Below, piece by piece: positions 57,801 to 64,000 of a stretch of DNA of 64,000 nucleotides. The notes under the pieces are model-generated. The model was not told the origin of the DNA, did no database searches, and was given only the letters and a program-made list of their open reading frames with translations. The stretch covers positions 2,852,001 through 2,916,000 of the forward strand of contig JAYWIR010000021.1 in the NCBI GenBank assembly GCA_036172245.1, given 5' to 3'. A program made the translations under genes and the position numbers. Position 1 is the stretch's first letter. Each line of letters opens with the position of its first letter. Source of the stretch: Raillietiella orientalis. Its lineage: Eukaryota.

Positions 57801-60800
57801 CAGAGAGCTACAGGAACGGGTCGTGACTTTCGCTTCCATTGGTCATCTCCAGATTGCAGAGGAGAGCTCCTCCCCTTGGAGCTTGTGAGAGTGACTGCTG
57901 CTTATCAGGGAAACGCATAAAAAAAATTCGTGTGCAAACCAGCTAATTTTTACCTTTGTGGGCAGTCTAGACTGCCCTGCCGCATGTGCGGATAAGCAGA
58001 GCAGGCTTGCATCTCTTAGTACAGCAGTTCAGCATACCCATGAAAAAGGTAGCGAAAGTGCTCTCTGTTTATGAGAAGAAATCCCTTCCATTTTCGATTC
58101 TTGCCATTTCCTCATATTTCCATTTTCACGTATCCGTTCAGGACCTTCCCCATCCCTCATCCTCCCTCGTCCCGTTGGCACTTTTCCCGGAAGCGCAGTC
58201 TTGTCCATTCATTTCCGGGCAAAGCCTCTTCTCCTAGAAGCTTAGACTTAGAGGGCCCATTCCTAGAGGAGCAAAAACCTTCCATGACCAAGAACTTTGT
58301 TAATTTCAAGATTCTAGAAAGTATTCCGAAGATGGATATCTTAAAGGCCTTCATGAAGACAGTCGAGTACTCGTGATCACTCCTGGACCTTTCGAGATTT
58401 GAAAGCGCGTCCAAAGAGGTGAGTCTTTCTTCCACCGCCAACTCCCGATGCAACCCATAGGCAATGGTCCTCAGAGTTGATAAGCACACTTGCAATTCAT
58501 TTGCGTTGGTCAGTCTCCGATATGATCTTCCCAAAAGCTTATGTAGGAGGCACTGTCAAGGAGAGGCACTGTTATTGTGATGCCATTAACAGCCCTTCTA
58601 AGAACAAAAGACATGAAACCTGAGGAGCCCTGCTCAGGTATCTGTTGAGCAGATCAAACAGGATAGTGAGGAATTTCAAAGGTCTCCATTTTAAGATGGA
58701 GGGAACTTCCTCTACTTTGGTTAAGAGTTCACCAGCTTGCTATGGCGGCCCCGTGCAAAATATTTGCAGTTGTATGCAAAATTCTTTTTGCAGCTTGTTA
58801 GTGTCCATCTAATAAAATGGATCCTAGATTCTTCGAGCTATTTAAAACAAGATCCGGAAGGTGGGAATGGAGAAGCATCTTTCGTCTGTTTTCATCTTAT
58901 GGAATTCTCTGCGATTGGAAAAATGATTGGGCTGCTTTGATTTAAGAGATGCGGCTGCTCTGTGAATTTAACGACTCGTTGCGCCAGATGCCTAGAAGGC
59001 AGAAACTGGATGAAGTTCAAGGTCCTTCAGCCGCGAAGATTCTGAACAATAGTAGGTGGTCTCTCAGAGATGCAGCACAGCATCCTGAAATCGAAGTTCA
59101 AGCTGTTTCACGATATCCGGGACTTTGAGGACAGTTCCTGTAGCAAGAAAGCTGCCTTACTCTGGTATTAAAAACTGCCTTGAACATTCTTGCCATGCTA
59201 GCAAAACCTGGAGGAGACATCCCTTAAGGAGTGTGGAGATGTCCTATAGCTAGCGATAGAGCAAGCTTCTAAGGTTTAACTTGCATCTGAAACAACTACA
59301 ATTAGCAGCATATCCGTCAAGTCTCATAACAAGACAAAGGAAAGCCTCAGGGTCGTGGAACGAGTTCCAGTCAGCCACAAATAGAAAGAGGGAAGAATAC
59401 GAGGCGGGATTTTTTTTCCTGAATGGCAGTGTGATGATTGTTCTGGCCAGAGTTTATGAGGTGTCAGGAATGCGCTAATTAGTGTTGTACAGTGATTCCG
59501 AAGCTAAAGTTTCAGTTATTCCAGAAGACTTGGTGTTTGATTTAGAAAAAAAAAAAAAAAAAAAAACAGAAATAAAAGAACACACGCGTTCGCATTAAAA
59601 ATTGCTCTCTCAGAGAACAGTGGACGACTTGCAGTTGCGCACAGAACACGTACACCTTGGAGGATGGAGGAAGAGGACACAGTAACAACTTTTTCAGTGG
59701 TAACGTTTTTTTTGAAAGTTTTTCATGAAATTTGCGGCTTAAAGAAGAACTTGAGAGAGAGACTGTAAACTCTTCAAATGGAATTTCCAACTCAGTTTTC
59801 ATCCCTTTTAATTTGGGTTTTGCTCCAAATCCAGATATGCATGCCAGGGTGAGAGGTGAGCTCACCAAAGTCAGAATTGCAGCTCAGGTCCATGTTTGTT
59901 TTCCTGCATATGAGAGAAAAGATCGTGGTGGACCATTTGATAGCAGAAAACAGGAGGACTGGTGCATTTTTCTGCTGAACAGATTGGGTACTTCTGAGCT
60001 ATCAGCAAGAAAACTCCACCTCATTTGACTTTATTTTAGTAGGAATAGATTCCTCTGTTTCCAAGATTTCAGTTCTCTCTGTTTCTAAGTGATCTCTGAA
60101 TGCTGGTTTGCAAGAGTCCAAGCATATCTATCCAAGTAGCTTAAATGATGAGGATTGGTGCTCTTTTCAAATTTTGCTGGACTTTCTACTCGCTGCCTTC
60201 GTGCTTTCCGCCATGTCATCTTACAAAGTGAATTCAGTATTTTCTCTCAAAAGTCAACATCTAGTGGATCAGCAGCAAGAGTTATTCGATCAAAAGTTAA
60301 GCGTAAAAAAAAACACTTCAGCTCTTGCAGGGAGTTTTTTTTGGAAAAGGAAGCTATCGGCAGCAGCTTTGGGTTTGGTGAAAGTACAGAAAAGCTCTTC
60401 AGCCAATAAAGAAAGCGATGGTGGCTCAGTGGAACTCTTGGCTTGCTGCTCAGCATCCATCACAATCCTTTCCGTGGAAGGAAGCAGAAACATGGTCAGA
60501 TTCATTCTGTTGCAGCATCAAGGGAGTATCTGTACGTAAATAGAGCATCGAAATAGGAGGCGTGAGCATAAGCAAGGGCATCTGTCTTTGGTATGTGTTA
60601 TCTTTTTGGATAGATTTCTCATATAAAACGAGTTTCCGTTTGGCCTCGAACGAATCTCCTTCTAGAAGTGGATCGCAATTGGAATCACTCACTATATGAT
60701 CCTCCCTTCAAAAAAAAAAGCAGGAAAGGCTCATGCTTCATGCCTATGGCATGCCCCTTTTCATGCAGTTGCTTGCATGCTTGAGGATGCTGACCGCAAC

Positions 60801-62537
60801 GCTTTCAGCCAGCTAAGACCTCTAGGCATTCGTCTGCTTCCCATCGTCTCCAGGAAATGCAAAGAACTTCGCCTGGGAAGTCAATGTTCGATGGAAAGAG
60901 TAAGAAAAGCAACAGAACTTCCGTTCTTGAGATTATCTTCAAGAACGGGGGTTTCATCCACGATTCAGAGTTTTGCCTCACCTCGGTGCAACCCGAAAAA
61001 TCCGGAGCACTTCAGAGGTAGAAATGGACAGGAATGGTTCTGACCCCGGTTCATCTGACACCCAGCATGGCACTCCTCGGAGTATGCAGAAGCATCATGT
61101 CTAGGAAAGAAAATGCCTGCTCTCGAACGACTGCGCAGAATAGATCCTGGGAAACCAGAGGGAAGGTCGATGAGAAAAAAGCATCATCTCTACCTCACAA
61201 GTACACCACATTCCTTTTTTTTTTTCGAAAACAAAGACCTTTTCGGATAAATGGCCCGAACCCGCAACCTGATTTTTCAGGATGAGAGAGTCTCCGGAAG
61301 ATCAGAGATCTCGGTTTACTTACGGCGATGCCATGGCAAAGGTAAACTCTCCACAGAGCTGAAAATGTCGCAAGATGAAGAATCGAAATGTAGTCTCATT
61401 CGACCTGAATGCTCCCTTGTGCCTCCGTTCGTGTACTTCTTGCCTGCACCCTGCCGGAGAATGATCGATTTTCCAAACGACTTAGAACCTCAGTTCTCTT
61501 CTTGACATCGCCGCCATCCCGTTGGTTCGTTCCTCCTGAGCCACACGAAGGAGCTTCCAGAAGAACAGAACCCTTTAAAAATGTTTCAAAAGAATCGCTC
61601 GCTTCCTTAAGGGATCCCCCTCCCTCAAAGAAGCAAAGCGCAAATTTTGGATGACAGCATCCTTCCTTCCTTTGAAAGAAAATCGTTCATGGATATCGAT
61701 GGATCCCACACGAGACTCGAAGATCGGCAGGGTTACATGGCAGAAGATCTCAATGGACGAGAGCACGGCGGAAGAACGGTTCTGTGACCAAACGTCCGCA
61801 TCGCGGTGCGTCGTCGTTTTCGTGGCATGACTCCTTGTCCAGTGTGTGCCTCGGCATGACGTCATCGTGCAAACGCGGCTAGTCGCTTTTCTCGTTTTTC
61901 TCGCCCCCACGCCTCCTCCGAATTCGTCATGGACACCTAGGTGAACGTCCTTGTCTAAAAAAGATGGAGATTCCTATCCGAGCTCTGATGAGATGGCTTC
62001 CGAGTCGTTCTATTTAAAATCCCACTCATGAACCAACGTTCCTTCGCGCGTGTGCACGGGTCTGCCATGCACGCATGTGCTCAGACCTGAGTGAGCGCTT
62101 GGGTTACGCAGAGTGCTGTCCATCTGCTGTTTGGACCGTTCGGGTTAGAGGAGCTCTCGAAGAGCTCCATGAGGGAAAGATAAAGAGATAAAGGAAAGAA
62201 GGTGAGCGAACATTCTCGATCCCGGATCTCAGGAGAAAACCGAAGAAGTAGATCAGCAGGTTGGCAGGTTCGAGGGGTTTTGTTACCGCTTTCCTCCAAG
62301 GTACATTCGCCAAATGATGCGGGGGAGCAGGACCGGCAGAACCTGCTCTGAGTCTCATGAGAAAAATTATGTGGGGCGTACGAGGAGAGGAAGTGGGACA
62401 ACATTCCTTCCAAGAAGAGGTTTCTAGCCCATTTCCCTCCACCACCACTGGAGGTCCTCTTTTTTCCCTTTTCCTTTCGACCACTTTCCCTTGACGCACA
62501 GTGGCGAAAAGTTCCCTCTCAGTGGGACCAGAAACTC

Positions 62538-62570
62538 CGATTGGTCAGGCAGGAACGATTGGTCAGGCAG
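62538..62570 (-). promoter_or_regulatory. Tandem duplicated CCAAT-box-like element
   Basis: Exact 15-nt direct repeat CGATTGGTCAGGCAG at 62538-62552 and 62556-62570. The minus strand reads GACCAATCG twice. Confidence 0.35.
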
Positions 62571-64000
62571 CCTTCGGCTACGGATGCCTTTGGAAAGACC
62601 AGTTGTCGAAACGAACATCTGAGGTAGGAAGCAAGAAGTGGGGCGAAATAAGTCCCCTTCCTTTGGACTGAATGCAAGTTCAGTGCTCTGCTGTTGCTGC
62701 TGTCTTCGGAGCATGGAGAGGGAGGGGGGAGGGAATTCCATCCCCTGTCCACGGCAATCGGCGACGGGAGGAAATCCTTGCGCCTCTTGCAGAAACTTTG
62801 GAGAACAATGCGGTGAAGGAAGAGGGGGAATGGTGAAGACCGTCTTGATCTCTACATGGAGTATTGAGATCGGGACTTCCCAAAGACACGAAAAAGACGT
62901 CAGAGCCTTTCGCGTATTGAGACGGTCACTCCCCCTATTCCCTTTCCCCGTGCCGTATTTGGTTTTCCAGAAAACCGATGCATTCAGGATCTATGCCATT
63001 TTTACTGGAAAAAGAGGTCCAAAATCTTGTCTCCAGTAAGAGCAGGTTTCTCCTTCTTCTTCGTAGTTCTGAGAGCCAGAAGCTCCCAACTAAAGCGAAG
63101 GAGAGTTCCAGAAGGATGTGCGAGAACTCACTGGAGATCCTCTGTGCTGAGGTATGAACGCGATGATTTCAGAATTTTCGTTGTTTTCTTCGAGAAATCT
63201 CGAAAGTTCTGACCAGAAAGACCGAGAGCATCCTGCAACCTTCGTTGCTCCTTTTTATCCTCCCCTCGCCCCCTCTACTCGAAGGAACTCTAGCAGTTTT
63301 CGGTCCTGCGAAGGCTGCGGAGTAGCACCATGGTCGGAGATCACTCCAGACGGTCTGCTCTAGGATAGAAGAACAAGATCCCAGAATGCCCTCTCCGTTG
63401 CTCTTCGTCCTCTTCACAGAAAGTGCTTCGCAGAGAGTTGCCAGTCTCCTTTTGTCGCCTGAGGAGGAGCTAGGGAAAGCCTAGAGAAGACTGTGCAATA
63501 ATTGTGATCCATAGGGAGGAACAGTTAGCAATCTTTGAAACGGCTGCTCCGTTCGCTGATAAGGGGCCGTTCCTGGACTCTCCTTCTCTTCTCCCTCCCT
63601 CCTTTTTCCTCCCAAATGACTACAGCCACCTGAAAAATCGATCCCGCACTGGGGGCGCTAATTGAAAATTCTTCCTGTTCTCTCCCGATTTCCTGTGCTC
63701 GCCTGAAGCCAGGATCTACAGACTGCACTAAGGGCGATCGACGATCGACCGGAAGTCGGCCGTTCCCTGTTCTCGCCTCGGGTTACCTGCTAATCACTCG
63801 ATCCAGAAAGCGGAAGTGCAGTTTCCGATTTCGGATGCTACAATCTGTCCCTCTGACAAAAGTAAGGAGAAGTAGGGATGAGGGAGGGGTGAGCTGCCTT
63901 CAAAACACCTGAGAGAATACTGTCGTTCTGGAAAGGTCAGACGAGTTGTTACTGCAAGTCCGTTGCCCTGAGTTAGGGGATATTCAAGGAACTTCGTGTA

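Noticed and set aside
36500..64000. ORFs such as 40525-41019(+), 49568-50035(-) and 58157-58534(-)
   Set aside because: No family motifs and no consistent exon chain could be assembled.

Overview
Eukaryotic, most likely arthropod, genomic DNA. An AT-rich central block (~22-36.5 kb) holds two intact minus-strand genes, reconstructed exon by exon: RMI1 (25004->23512, 6 exons, ~428 aa) and PAN3 (34266->28590, 10 exons, ~670 aa). Eleven of their 14 introns are only 36-48 nt. One is probably GC-AG, and several lack a polypyrimidine tract. One tRNA-Glu(CTC) lies at 50854-50925 (-), and a probable decayed hAT transposase fragment lies between the two genes. The GC-richer flanks (1-21 kb, 37-64 kb) contain no protein family I can recognise, and most ORF-track entries there look like chance ORFs. 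The most unusual element is a ~0.5 kb array of about 11 related RNA-like hairpins at 17747-18260. They have G-U wobbles and GNRA-like loops on the minus strand, sit inside the window's longest ORF (331 aa, unidentified), and are preceded by a canonical intron. Smaller hairpin-rich islands, one sharing the motif, occur at ~39.9 kb and ~57 kb. No prokaryotic systems, CRISPR arrays or rRNA were seen. All family assignments are from memory of motifs, not database searches.
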